DNA of 64,000 bases from Amphiscolops sp. MND2022. Taxonomy: Eukaryota. The stretch covers positions 59,894,001 through 59,958,000 of the forward strand of contig OZ076409.1 of the NCBI GenBank assembly GCA_964187785.1, given 5' to 3'. How positions within the stretch are numbered: position 1 is the stretch's first letter; each line of letters opens with the position of its first letter. Below, in pieces: positions 1 through 13,300 of this stretch. A program made the translations under genes and the position numbers. A model generated the notes under the pieces. The model was not told where the DNA came from. It worked only from the letters and a program-made list of their open reading frames with translations, and did no database searches.

Positions 1-1953
1 CTCAAATGACCGCAAACTGTAAAATTTTCCAAGTTTTGACGTTTTTTGGCGAGTTCGCGCAAATTTATAAAAAATATTGGTTGGTTAGGTTTTGGTATCC
101 ACACAAGCCGACCAAAATCAAATAGTGTGTTTAGTCATTTCTTGAAGTGTTTCCTACTGAAATGGGATGGGTTTCCTTAGTGCAATGGCGTCTCTTGAGC
201 TTGAAAAATATGTCATTGCTAGAACATTTTGGAAAATATCCTGCTGGTCAGCGCGCGTCTTTTAAAAAAAAGTTCCTCAAATTCAGACCGAAATTGACAA
301 AAACTACAAAAATATTCAGATTTTCAAAGCTTCTTTGTACTTTTTGACACGTTTTTTGAAAGACTTGATTGCTTAGTATGTTTAAAACGTTCAACAGGGA
401 AAGCATTATCCGGAAGGTTTTTGTTAAGAAGTATGCGCAGGTTTTTAATGAATAAAAAAATCTTCAACTTGCAATCAAAAATGGAAAAACTTCGAAATGA
501 ACTAAGTTTTCACGTTTTCATGCCGTTTTTGTCTATTTTTTAAAGATTTCATAGATCAGAACGTTGAAAACGTTAAACCACGAATGAGCGCGTTGTCCAA
601 TAGGGTTTTTGAGGAGATAAATGCAGTTTTGTACTACAAAATTGCCCAAATGACCGCAAAACAGTCAGAACGTTCTACATTTTCTAATCACTTTTGTTTC
701 TTCCACGCAATTTTTCATAAAATTTCCAACGTTTTCATAGATTAGAACTTTGCAACCGTTCTACAGCAATTGAATTCGTTGTCCAGTAGGCTTTTTGAAA
801 TAAATGCCGGCATCTGATATAAATGTGCCTAATTTGACACAAAAATTGTCGAGAAGTCCAAAAATTTCCAGTTCATGTAGCTTCTCAAAGAAGAAGGTTC
901 AGAACAATCGCTGTAAACGCATCAAGTATGTAATTACTTTTTTGGTGACAAAATTACAGTGTTTTACAAAAGGAAAACTGGAAAGCGACACAATTCCTTT
1001 TATGGACAATTTTAGTTATTGTTTTTCTAAATGTTTGTAAAATAGATGTTCCCAAGGCTCCAGATGATTTATTAGGCTATGCAGTACGCCTTTTGAAGAA
1101 AAATTTTGTAGCTATTAAGGTAGAACGCTGTCTCAGAATGTCCCATAAGAGTCGAAAACCCAAAACTTTTTCGAAAAACGAATTTCATTGGAACTTCGTT
1201 TAGTCGAAGAATGAAAACTTTCACCAGCAAACAATCGCAAACTAGAGTAGGTTTTTTGAAACGCAAATGCAGTTTTATGTTCAAAAACAGCCTCAAAATT
1301 ACCCCAAAATAACCAAAAAGTCAAAAGTTTTCAAAATTGTTGATGTTTTTATCCCTTTTTCGAAAATTTGAAAATTTTCGTGATTTAGAACTTTGAAACA
1401 TTGAATATATTGTCCAGTGAAATTTCAAAAAATTAATGAAAAGTATCATAGGAAATATGCCTCAAATTCAACCCAAACTATCAAAAGTTGTTTCGGCAGT
1501 TGTTTGACAAATTAGTGTACTTTTAAGAAATTTTACCAAAATTTGAAATGTTAAACTCCATTTTTGATAGGCATGCAGAATGTTTAAAAAACATAGAATT
1601 TTTTATATGAAAAGTTAGTCAGATCGACTTGATATCAGTGAAAAATCCAATAAGCGTTTTAAAAAACACATCTACATTTTCTAGAAAAAAATCCTCAAAT
1701 GACCGCAAACTGTAAAATTTTCCAATTTTTGACGTTTTTTGGCGAGTTCGCGCAAACTTATAAAAATATTGATTGGTTAGGCTTTGGTATCCACACAAGC
1801 CGACCAAAATCAAATAGTGTGTTTAGTCATTTCTTGAAGTGTTTCCTACTGAAATGGGATGGGTTTCCCTAGTGCAATGGCGACTCTTGAGCTTGAAAAA
1901 TATGTCATTGCTAGAACATTTTGGAATATATCCTGCTGGTCAGCTCGCGTCTT
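1..1953. repeat. Satellite-like array: diverged ~185-bp subunits, with 1-261 repeated almost exactly at 1694-1953
   Basis: CTCAAATGACCGCAAACTGTAAAATTTTCC occurs at 1 and 1694, and ORFs 147 and 1839 encode near-identical peptides. Motifs such as ATAGAT(C/T)AGAAC(G/T)TTG and TGTCCA(A/G)TAGG recur at ~550/595 and ~737/780. Confidence 0.7.
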
Positions 1954-2229
1954 GTTTTTTTTCAGATGAAAAAAGTTCAAGATTCCGGAAAGGAAAGAAA
2001 CTTCTTGGAACGTTCAAAACAACTTACCACTGATTGTTTTAAAATCTGCAATTGTACCAATTAAATCGAATTAACGCCATGACAGTTAAAAATTGAAAAG
2101 TTTTCGTTTTAATAATTGGAATTTGATAATACTGTATTCTGTTGTGACATATAAGGAAAAAACGCTTCATCCAAATTAATATCGTTTTTCCCGAATGAAT
2201 CGGATCTTGCGTAGGCGAACGCAAAGCAA

Positions 2230-5200
2230 ACATATATTTTTTCGAATAGTCAAATTTTATTCCTGTTTATGCATAAGTGTATGTAATAAATTTCAGATCA
2301 GTAGGCACGTTTCAGTTTACATTATCCCGTGATGTTTTTGGCAATTAATTTTAGCCTGAATGTGTTGTCTGAATAAATACGTCTTAGCGGAATACACGAA
2401 AGACATCGCAGCACCACTGCGCCTCTTGTTTGATTTTGGCCCCCGTTGAATAAGATCGCATGTAGATTAGTCGAAAAAAATTCTCAAGATTTTGTTTCAT
2501 TCTCGAGAAAAATTTTATCAAAAGTAGCTGATATGTCAGTTTTGACAAAATTAGAGCGGATTTTTCTCATCTCAACTTCAGTACACTGCCTATTTCAAGT
2601 AAAGCTGGAAGAAAAGCTTTTCATGTGTAGTTTCAAAGACGATGGAACAGTTTTGCTTGTTTACCAGCAATTTTGGTCAAGAAAATGAACAAATGCTTCT
2701 ACCATAGCGTTAGTTCGTTTAGACTGAATTCATTTCTACATCTGAAGATCTATCAATCCACCAATGTTGAGCTTCCATCAAGTCATTTAACCTTAGCTCA
2801 ATGGCGTTGTCCTCTCAATAAATGAAAAAAAAAGAATTTGGTAAAGAATAACTGAAAAAGAGTAATCAGATCGGAATCCCACCTTCGACCAACTTTTGCT
2901 CATGCATTTAACTACATCTTATATGGTAGCAAAGCTTTTTTCTCAAAAATCTATCATCTCTATTTTGAAGTGAGTGGAGCAGGTTTTTGAAATGATCCTT
3001 TTTCGGTAGACAACGGAAGAAAAAACAATATGGTAGACTATCAAGCGATTTTTTGGCATTTTTGGCCTACGACTTGTTTTCGATAAGAAGCGTATATCTA
3101 TGAATCTTTTTCACAGAAGCAAATCTTCATGACAGAGGAAATGGCAGTTCGAAAAATGAGATCCTGAGTTTTGTTGCATTCTTATAAGGTCATGCAAGAT
3201 CGTACATACTCTTGGCGCTCTTGGTAAGAATCTTGCTATCATTCTGACCAAGGGTTTCAGAAATATGCAAGTGTCGAAGCTCTGGTTGCTATTTTGAGAG
3301 TTTAATGAACTCTCTCTTTGATAAATGCCAGAATCTGCGTTGTTTAAAAGTAGTTCAATGTTGATTGGCTGTGTTTTGTGGTTGAAACAGACTTCGGGAT
3401 TCATGTGGAGTCCCTAAGAACGGTCCATTTTTGCATTCAAACCGCTCTCAAGCTCCCTAAGACTATGCTGGAGCTGATGGATTGCTTTCTGAGTGATTGC
3501 AGCATCAATAGCTTGTAAACTCTGTAAAATCAAGCCAATTATAATCTGTTTAATTTTTTAGACATCTGACTGGTAAAATCTGATTAAAAATCTAGCAGTT
3601 TTTGCAATTCTCTCACTTTTCTTTCTGCGTTTATATTTCTACCATCATGTAGGTCACTGGGTACTAAGTCTACTCTATCTCTCAGTCTCCTGCGGTAGTT
3701 TTATATTCGTTGTCAGGGAATCACCCTATCAACACGTTCATATTTTCTAAATCATACATCAAATCCGACGGGCGAAATCGCTTTCTTTTGCTTCCTGCTT
3801 TCTAGTTGAGGGCATTGCAAAATGGAAATTATCCTTGCTTCATCTGTATAATTATTGAACAATTGAAAACGAAGAATAAAATAGTACAACAGTTAGTATA
3901 TCTCTGTGAACCGCTATATTATTGAAGTTCCATTCGGACTTGGATAGGGGGTATTTATACTTTTCACAGTTTTGCATTCCAAAATATGGCTGTCATACTG
4001 AATTTACTGAAAATAACATCGTCAATTCCACGTAATAAATATAGTCCTCCTATATTTTCTGATAAATTTGGGGTCATTTCAAAGAGTGACTTTACGCCAT
4101 CATAAAAGGAGGATAACTGTCGGCATGACGCCTTACATGAAAGAAAGTAAATGGGGGGAAAGTATAGGACTGACAGGCACAATATACAAGTTTATGGCCA
4201 TGATCAAGCAATAGCAATAACTTGAAGAAAATTTAAATAGAGCGGACTTAATGTCCGTTCGACTCCAAAAGCGAATAACCGCAGATGATTGGTCAAAAAA
4301 AGTATAGTAACGTGCCAAATGATATAACCTTGTAACCCACTCGAGCGCGCTTTCTTCACTTCCTACACTAGCATCACTTTCTCATCGTCAATTTGCTCTG
4401 TACAATTCATTTATTGCATCAAAAGTACTTCATTCCTGTGATAGAAGAAAGGAACTCCTGTTTTGTAATTAAGATTTGGAACCCCTAAGAACGGTCCATT
4501 TTTGCATTCAAACCGCTCTCAAGCTCCCTAAGACTATGCTGGAGCTGATGGATTGCTTTCTGAGTGATTGCAGCATCAATAGCTTGTAAACTCTGTAAAA
4601 TCAAGCCAATTATAATCTGTTTAATTTTTTAGACATCTGACTGGTAAAATCTGATTAAAAATCTAGCAGTTTTTGCAATTCTCTCACTTTTCTTTCTGCG
4701 TTTATATTTCTACCATCATGTAGGTCACTGGGTACTAAGTCTACTCTATCTCTCAGTCTCCTGCGGTAGTTTTATATTCGTTGTCAGGGAATCACCCTAT
4801 CAACACGTTCATATTTTCTAAATCATACATCAAATCCGACGGGCGAAATCGCTTTCTTTTGCTTCCTGCTTTCTAGTTGAGGGCATTGCAAAATGGAAAT
4901 TATCCTTGCTTCATCTGTATAATTATTGAACAATTGAAAACGAAGAATAAAATAGTACAACAGTTAGTATATCTCTGTGAACCGCTATATTATTGAAGTT
5001 CCATTCGGACTTGGATAGGGGGTATTTATACTTTTCACAGTTTTGCATTCCAAAATATGGCTGTCATACTGAATTTACTGAAAATAACATCGTCAATTCC
5101 ACGTAATAGATATAGTCCTCCTATATTTTCTGATGAATTTGGGGTCATTTCAAAGAGTGACTTTACGCCATCATAAAAGGAGGATAACTGTCGGCATGAC

Positions 5201-8200
5201 GCCTTACATGAAAGAAAGTAAATGGGGGGAAAGTATAGGACTGACAGGCACAATATACAAGTTTATGGCCATGATCAAGCAATAGCAATAACTTGAAGAA
5301 AATTTAAATAGAGCGGACTTAATGTCCGTTCGACTCCAAAAGCGAATAACCGCAGATGATTGGTCAAAAAAAGTATAGTAACGTGCCAAATGATATAACC
5401 TTGTAACCCACTCGAGCGCGCTTTCTTCACTTCCTACACTAGCATCACTTTCTCATCGTCAATTTGCTCTGTACAATTCATTTATTGCATCAAAAGTACT
5501 TCATTCCTGTGATAGAAGAAAGGAACCCCTGTTTTGTAATTAAGTTTTGGAACCCCTAATGATTTTGCGAAATTCTCAAAAATTGTCAAATTTTCCAAAA
5601 TATGATTTATACAAAAGGATTTTGGATTTTGCTCTAGTTTAAATTCTTTATTTTTGTAAGCCTTAAAACTTGTATGAGACAAGTTTGTATTTTTATAAAA
5701 AGAAGTTTGGAAATTCAGTTGCAGAGTCTAAATTAGGAGCGGAAGCTGGTGATTATTTACGTTTTCATAATGTTCAAGGTGGCGTCATTCATTAATTACA
5801 CTCAAAAATTTCAGTACCCTAGAGTGTACATGTAAAACGAAAATCAAAAATATATAAATCTATGCCCAATCCTAATACATGTACCGGAATAAATTCAGTG
5901 GAGATTATCGACTCTCTTTGGACATGTGTATACTAAGTGCCTCAAAGTTTGACAGTGCAATCAATGGACGGCGATGAACTGGTTGATGCACAAAAACTAA
6001 TCAAAATTGTTTGAAAATTAGACAAATATATAAAACTTGGTTTGCATACCAAATTTTACATGGAGAGGCATTGAGAACTAATTTCCACAATATTTGTCAT
6101 AGAAGTTTCAAACAAACACGAATGTAAACTAGATGAAACCGTTCCGAGAGAACGTTTATCAAAGTCATTTTTTTGAATATCAATAATTTCCGAGATATGG
6201 ACAGAAAAATTAGATGTTCCAAATATTTTTTATCAATTATGGGTTCCTTTTTTATCGCAGGACTGTAGTTTATGCACCAAGTTATTGTATATAAAGAGTG
6301 AATGTCATCATTACATGTAATCCTAATTTGAAAGAATCGCAAGAGTTTTATCAAGTAGTTTGTAGTTGAAAGGATTTGTAGTGCAGTAGTTCGGTAAAAT
6401 TCCATCTTTCCCTTGGTATACGTCGAACATATTAATGTTCTGCGACAGCAAAATTCTTGGCAAGAGTATGAAGACTTTTTAAGTAGGGTAGCTACTTTTG
6501 TCAACTTTATGAACATATTTGGCTGAATTTAAAATTTGTCTCAATTTCAAGTAATTTAGCTAAATAGTTTTCCAAGATCACGGCGCACCAAGTATATATG
6601 AACAACCAGAACCTGAAGAATTGTTTTCACGCGTGTTCCCAAGCTTGGAGTATGTGTACGGAATTAGAGCCATCTGGCAGGTTGTTCCCAAGCTCAAAAG
6701 TGAGGAGTATTTCCGACAGATGAAAATTATTTTCTGGAGACCATTTGATTAAAACCTTGTTTAGATAGTGTGAGAAGCTAAAATTTAAAATGCTCACCTT
6801 TGAAAGACTCTGGTGAAGAATCCAGAAAAGTTTTCAAGAATTCACAAAAGTGTTGAAGAAATGACAAAATGCGATTAATCCTCACACCAATGCTGCTACA
6901 TGTGCAGCATAGATTATCATTAATATGAAGAGCCCAGAAAACATTTTCCTCATTTCTTGAAAATTTGATTTTTGCACTGCTGATATTAGTGCGTGGATTC
7001 TTCAATCATTTTGGCGGCACTGCCATTTTCTTTGAAGTGCACAACTTTTGTGAATTCTTGAAAACACATTTCGGTAGGTAAGAAAACCAACTGTTGTCAA
7101 TTCTTTAAAAAATCAAAACTTCCCCGATTGGCGTCATAATGGGCACTCCTCTTGGTGAAATTTGCTTTTTTGTTGAATGATAACTGAATTAAAGGGTTTG
7201 ATTCGTAGATCTGACATTGTGAACCAGTATTGCGCTTTTTTGGTTTGTCAAAACATTCAAAATCAAATCTGGAAAAAGTGAGGTCGTTCAAAAAATGAAG
7301 CTTCCGAATGGCTTGACTGCATGGCAACAACTGTTCAGTTAGATGTCAATTTCTTTGGCAGTTAATCATTTGTCGAGAAAACAAGTTTCCTAGTTGCTTC
7401 ACGCAAAATGTTTGCCAATCTTTTATCACACTAAAAATGGATAGAAAATATCCCGTTGCTTAGCAGGTATCTTGTAAATTGACTGCCTTAAAACACTCTG
7501 ACCTGTCAATTTTGCTTCTATACTTTTATTTCATATTATTAACGGACAAACAAATAAAATCTAAGCATTAACTAACCCAAAGAACAATACGTGTGGTACT
7601 TGAAAGCGTTTTCTAAATCGATGGGATTTTTATCTTTCCTCCAAACCACGTTGAGTTTTTGGGCTTGTTCTGGGCTCAGAATATCGTTCAACTCCACGTT
7701 CAAAACAGCCCATCCCCCTTCTGCTATTTTAGTGTCCTTGAGGGGGGAAACAACCCGTAATGTATTCATCTCCAGTAATCTCTAACTTAATTAATCAACA
7801 TTCCGTCCGGCCAACATAATGACACGTTTATTGTGGTGCTCTAAAATGGCTAAAATCGTTTCAAGTAATCAGCTAATTCTACAAATCCCATAACTTGATC
7901 AGAATTCATGAGCTGTAAAACACTGTAAGGACTGATAATTCCACCCTAAAAAGTTCAATAATCTCGCTTTTCAGGATTTTTAGCGCGTTCCAGTTGAGCA
8001 TTAATTTGTGATGAATAGTGGAGACTGTAATTCCAATGCTTTGTGTCGAATTTTATTGCGCAGTTTTAGCGGGACATACCAGTTGAATTGTAAAGCCGTC
8101 CGATTTCTTAGTTGAGCCGACAGTTAATGTAGTCTACGGGATAGTAACACAAGAGTTCCGATCGCGCTCCTTGAATAAGTAGCAGCAAATTTAGTTTTGC

Positions 8201-9200
8201 CTATTTCCATATATATCGAAATACAGTTCTTATCAACCAGCAGTGTCGACATACCTTTCATATTTCAACCTACCAGTTAACTACCAGTTGGCGCTTTAGG
8301 CCTTCCATTTCGACATTCAAACGATTTCTGCCACACGAATAGTTTCGCATAAATTCTCAAAACGTACCAATAACGAGTCAACCATTGCCATTTGGTAGAA
8401 GGTAAGTAAGTATACCACACCATATACAAATTTACCTCTAAAGCCGCCAGCGATAAAATCTGAAGCTATTAGCGTAGTCTATAGCGACATAAAACTTCAC
8501 ATTTATAATTTGTTATAAGCATGTTAAACGAAACACTGAGCGAGTTTTGCGGAACTAGCTGAAACGTCTGAAACAAGCGTCTACGCAAAATGTACCCAAT
8601 AAGACCGAAACTCAATTTCATGACTGCACTTTCGTCATTAGGTGCAGTATTTTCTATTCTCGCTAGTTTCCGTTCCGTTCAAAACATAGAGACATATTGA
8701 AGCGAGTAAATATTTATATTTTCTGGGGAAAACCGTCTTACAGAACATTTAGTCATATTTTGGTATCAAATGTACACCCAGTGTTCAAAATTGAGACCAC
8801 GAGAAGTTCAAACGCTGAATAGCAAACTTTCTCAATTTAGCGACTGCTTTTTCTTTGATAATCTGAAACGTTTTTCGGATTGCTACTAAAATAACATTGG
8901 CGTAATCCATTCAAACCTCAAGCATGGTATTCGAATGAGTTGGTATTTAGAGTTGAGTATTTACCTCGGGACTAGTTCGATCAGGGTAGGAGAATGTAAG
9001 GATACAAGACAGAAATCATGCTAAAGCATGAAGAACATTGATTTTGTGCAATGATTTGAGATTTGCATTCAGCCAACAGGGTGACAAAATTCGTGCTAAG
9101 AGGAAATGAATCAAAATATGGACAACTGCAATTAGGTATCTTCAGTCAGTATTGCCCGATCAAACCTTACGGGGTTGCACAAACTTTAGCATTTCACCAC
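2230..9200 (-). pseudogene. Possible heavily decayed coding sequence of unknown identity
   Basis: Minus-strand frames give protein-like stretches broken by many stops and frameshifts (e.g. EDNAIELRLNDLMEAQHWW; MNTLRVVSPLKDTKIAEGGWAVLNVEL). No family recognised; boundaries approximate. Confidence 0.25.
3412..5559. repeat. Direct tandem duplication, 2 x 1071 bp
   Basis: 3412-4482 and 4483-5553 are nearly identical (ORFs 3964/5035 and 4133/5204 offset by 1071). CCCTAA microhomology at 3412, 4483 and 5554. Confidence 0.95.
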
Positions 9201-9250
9201 TGAACGGACAAATTCGATGGAAAATAGAAAAAAATTCTGAGTCTTTACTC

Positions 9251-10020
9251 TTTTTGCGTCGGCGCTTCTCTTCAGAAATCAGCGACTATAGTCATGGCTT
9301 TTCGTCAGTTTTTTTTCGATATACGTGAATAGCCCGAAATAGTTCTACCAAAAGTTCTTCACTTTTTTAAGTATTTCCCAGTGCCACTTGGACTAGTGGT
9401 AAACGCGTTTTTCCCGCCGTTTTAGAAGCAGGGGTACGCGGGCTCGGTAAAATGTTTTTATGTTGGAAAAGTAGTGGAGGAGACCAAAGGGTCCCACTTT
9501 AGGACTTTTTCGGGACTATGCGACTTTTTTCAGGTTTTTTTCCAAACAAACTCTCTCCTTTATTTTCCAGCAAACACAATTGCATTTGCAAGCAGAGATA
9601 GCCACTTTTCGTTTTTTTTCGGCACTATGCGACTCACCAATTAAAGAGAAATTTTTTGAAACTTATTTTCCGAATAGAGTTTTTAAGATGTTTTTTTCCC
9701 GCAATTTTTGGATTTTTCCAGGTTCTCTGTAAAGGAAACATGTTTCCTGAGTCTTGGGGGTGACCTCTTTGTTTCTTTGTGATCCTGTGGAACTGATAAA
9801 TTTTCCTAATGAATGAGGAAGAGACTTTCTTTCCAGCTTTTTTCGGTTCTGTACGTATTTTTTCCAGAACTTCAATTTGAACAACCACCCTTGCTTTTAT
9901 AGATGATTTGAGCTTGAGAAAAAACAAGTTCGTGAGCTGAGTGTCATTTGCGAAAAAATATATAAAAAGAGTAATTTTCAAAAACTGGAATTTTGTGTTT
10001 CTAGTTGGGGAAAAAGTGGA
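9251..10020 (+). mobile_element. Truncated copy of a non-autonomous interspersed repeat (Helentron/HINE-like family, see 59799-60400)
   Basis: The start TTTTTGCGTCGGCGC...CGACTAT resembles the reverse complement of 60341-60400. Internal AAGGGTCCC and TTTCGGCACTATGCGACT motifs are shared with 58224-58591. Confidence 0.5.
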
Positions 10021-10109
10021 TGTGTATACTGATCATCAACTGCTTTATCTTCTGAAAGACAATTTTAGCATGTTTTGAACGCAGAACTCATCAGATGTTT
10101 AGATACACA

Positions 10110-10344
10110 GCTGACAGACACAGCTGGTCAGCATTACCGTAATCTTCAAACAGTAGTATACGGACTTAGAAAGAGAGATGGTTTTGTTTAACAACAGACT
10201 TTAAATGCTGTAAATTTATGTTGCTTATTTTTGTAACCATTAGTATGTTGATAGATGATGAAGTATAGTTTGTTCAGTGAAATATAAATCAACTCTTAGA
10301 ATAAATAAAGATCTGTTTTAACAATAGAGCACCCGAGTAGAACA
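10110..10344 (+). repeat. 5' LTR of element A
   Basis: Homologous to 16839-17083 (GACA.ACACAGCTGGTCA...ATAGAGCACCCGA...AACA), followed directly by TGGCG. 5' edge approximate. Confidence 0.85.
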
Positions 10345-10359
10345 TGGCGAAGTAGCAAG
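10345..10359 (+). promoter_or_regulatory. Primer-binding site, degraded tRNA-Ser-like
   Basis: TGGCGAAGTAGCAAG abuts the LTR and resembles TGGCGTAGTCGGCAGG, the complement of a tRNA-Ser 3' end. Confidence 0.55.
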
Positions 10360-10399
10360 ATTCTTTTTTACCGTGTAATATTTATTTCAACTGACAAAA

Positions 10400-13300
10400 A
10401 AAAACAATTACAACCACCACGAACAACATACTATTACCGTACCTCGAGGAAACCAGACTTGACGGTAAAAAACTATGCATCCCAAAACAATGGACCGAGC
10501 GATTACGACACTACGTCAAACGGATCTACGACATTGACTTGAAACCGGCTTTATCCGGGGAAACAATACCAACAAACAACAGACGGACGAAGAAGGAACC
10601 AGTAATAAGACAAAATTTTATTTAGGAAGCCGGACCAACAGCAATAGAAACCATTACCAAAAGCGAATTCAATACAGACCCCGACACTATCAACACGGAG
10701 AAACTCATACAACTGCTCAACGACTACTACATGCCCAAACGAAACACCCACCACAGTCGTGGAGATTTCTTCTGGGCAAAACAAGTAGAAAATGAAACAC
10801 CGGAAGAACACTGGCGGAAAGTGGCATCCCTGAAAACAATTACGAATGTTAAGAAATTATACAAAACCTACTGATATCAACATTCAACACCAGCATAACC
10901 GATAAAATACTACGGAAAAAACTCATCCGCGAGAAAAGACTAAACATGAAGACCGCCATGGACCTAGTATCTCAAGACAGCGATAACAAAACACGAGAAA
11001 AAACACAAACAAGAAAAGAAATAAAACAAGAACCAATGCAGAAAATACAAACACGGAACGAAGAAGACTATCGGAAAGACAAACACAAAAACACCAACTT
11101 CGGGGCAACAACACAAAAGAACAAAAACTGCGGTTCCGGCGGAGATCAGAACTGGACGCCACTACACAAATGTCTGGATAAAACGGTGGAATGCAACGAT
11201 TTCCACAAAGTGGTACATTTCTCAAAGTATGACGCAGCAAAACCGAAAACACAAAAAGACAAAGAATAAACTGCCACGAAGAAAGAAACGACGAAGAAAG
11301 CGAACCAAAAGAAATCTAATGAATAACACAAATCAATAGAATACCATCAGACAAAACGACAACTATGGCATCAAACAAAAATCAATGAAAAGTACCGAAA
11401 TTTCGCCACCGGCACCGGCTCTCCGGTCACAATAATGCCCTATAACCCGGGACTGCCAAAACAGGAAGATATCCAAACAATGAAAGAAAGATACCAAGTT
11501 AAAAACAAAGAAATAACTAAATTCTTTTGGAAAGTGTGGGCAGACATTGAATACAACGCTGAAATCAAAAACATTACCAATACTCATTACACAAAGAAAC
11601 GATATTACACCATTACTGGGTGTGAACTGACTGAATCAACTGCCAATTACCATCAACGAAACTCAACTGGACAAAACCACTAACCAATCAAAAGCCATCT
11701 ACTCAAAATTCAATGAAATGTTTGAAACGAACCACAAAATTAAAAATACTGAAGTAAAGATCCATTTAAAACAAGGACGCTACCCTATCCAAGAAAACGC
11801 CAGAGCAATACCATACTACCTGCAACAAGACATTAAAAAACTAGACCAAAAAGTAAATTCCACCGGACATCTTGAGATGAGAGACTAGAAACGATCGAAA
11901 ACGTATGTTCCGTATCACTCGTAGTACTAACGGTAAAAAAAGTCAAAACAGTAAAAGTCGCATTAGACGCTCGCAAACTCAACGAAAACCGCGCGAAAAA
12001 GAAACCGCACATGCCAAACATGGAAGAACTATTGAATCCATAAGTCCGTCGAGATATCAAAAAACGACCAAATCTGGATATCCGTGATAGATCATGACTT
12101 CGCCTACGGAGAAATGAAATCAGCACCGGAAACCATCAAACAATACATTTTTACAATAACTGACGAGAACAAGAACGGATACTACCAATTTTTGGAAGTC
12201 TTTTACAATTCCGTTGATATACCAACCATTTTCCAAAGAAAATAGATAAAACACTGGGACACCAAACACCAGTCTGGCTAGACGACATTATTATCGTCAC
12301 CGGAGGAAAAAAACAGAAACATACCCGAGTTCTTTACTCGGTACTCAGCAAATTGGAACACGAAGGATACCGAGCAAGCAAAAGAAAAACAAAATTCTAC
12401 CAAAAATAGAAAATATGGCTTGGACACACAATATCACAAGACGGAATCAGACCAAACAAACAAAAACGGATGCAATAATCCAAGAAGAACCCTCAACCAA
12501 CACCAAAACTCTAAAGTTTTTCCTATGCTATCCAACATTTAGCGAAATTTGTACCAAGTTTTTTTTCGAAAAAACGGACATCATGAGACGACTACTCAAA
12601 AAGGAATAAAATGGGAATGGACAGAAGACCGCAACACGGATTTTAATAACTTAAGCAAGAATTAACATTACCCTGTCTTGTACATTAAAACGGTAGCAAG
12701 CAGAATATCGTCACCACCGACGCATGTAAAATCGTCCTTGGAGTAGCACATGGCGAAAACAAGGCAACAGAGAACTAAAACCGTTTGCATTCGCCAGCTG
12801 CTACCTAAATGATGCAAAGATGATATCATCAGCAAGCTAGAACTGATAGGCGTAGTTTGGGGCTTGGAACGATACGGTAAACTACTCTCGGAGCACCTAG
12901 TACTAGAACCACTCCTGAAAAGAAACAAAGTGAACAAACAATACAGCGCACGTTTAACGCGATGACTGTATAGACTAAGCCACTTCGACATTTGCCTGAA
13001 ACACAACGCCGGCAAAAACATCAATTTCACATTCTTCAATTGCCGAAATCACACCAAAAGTTCGGAATCGGAAAAAAATTACGAAGAAGAATTTCTACTC
13101 AACGCCATTGCGCAACTTGCAACGGTCAACGCCAGTATAGGACAGATTTTGGACCAATCAGACCGAGCGAACGCGGTCAGCAAAATATTCATGCATGGTA
13201 CGCGCACGCTGATTGATACGCGACGCTATCAATAAAAAAAACTTGATTCCAACACAACAGCTGTATATTGATAAAGCAACCCTTGATCATTCGACAATGA

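Noticed and set aside
147..2033. Twin ORFs MFPTEMGW... (147 and 1839)
   Set aside because: Short, start at GTG, lie inside a DNA repeat and diverge once the repeat ends.
3412..5559. CCCTAA as telomeric sequence
   Set aside because: Only single hexamers; no tandem array.
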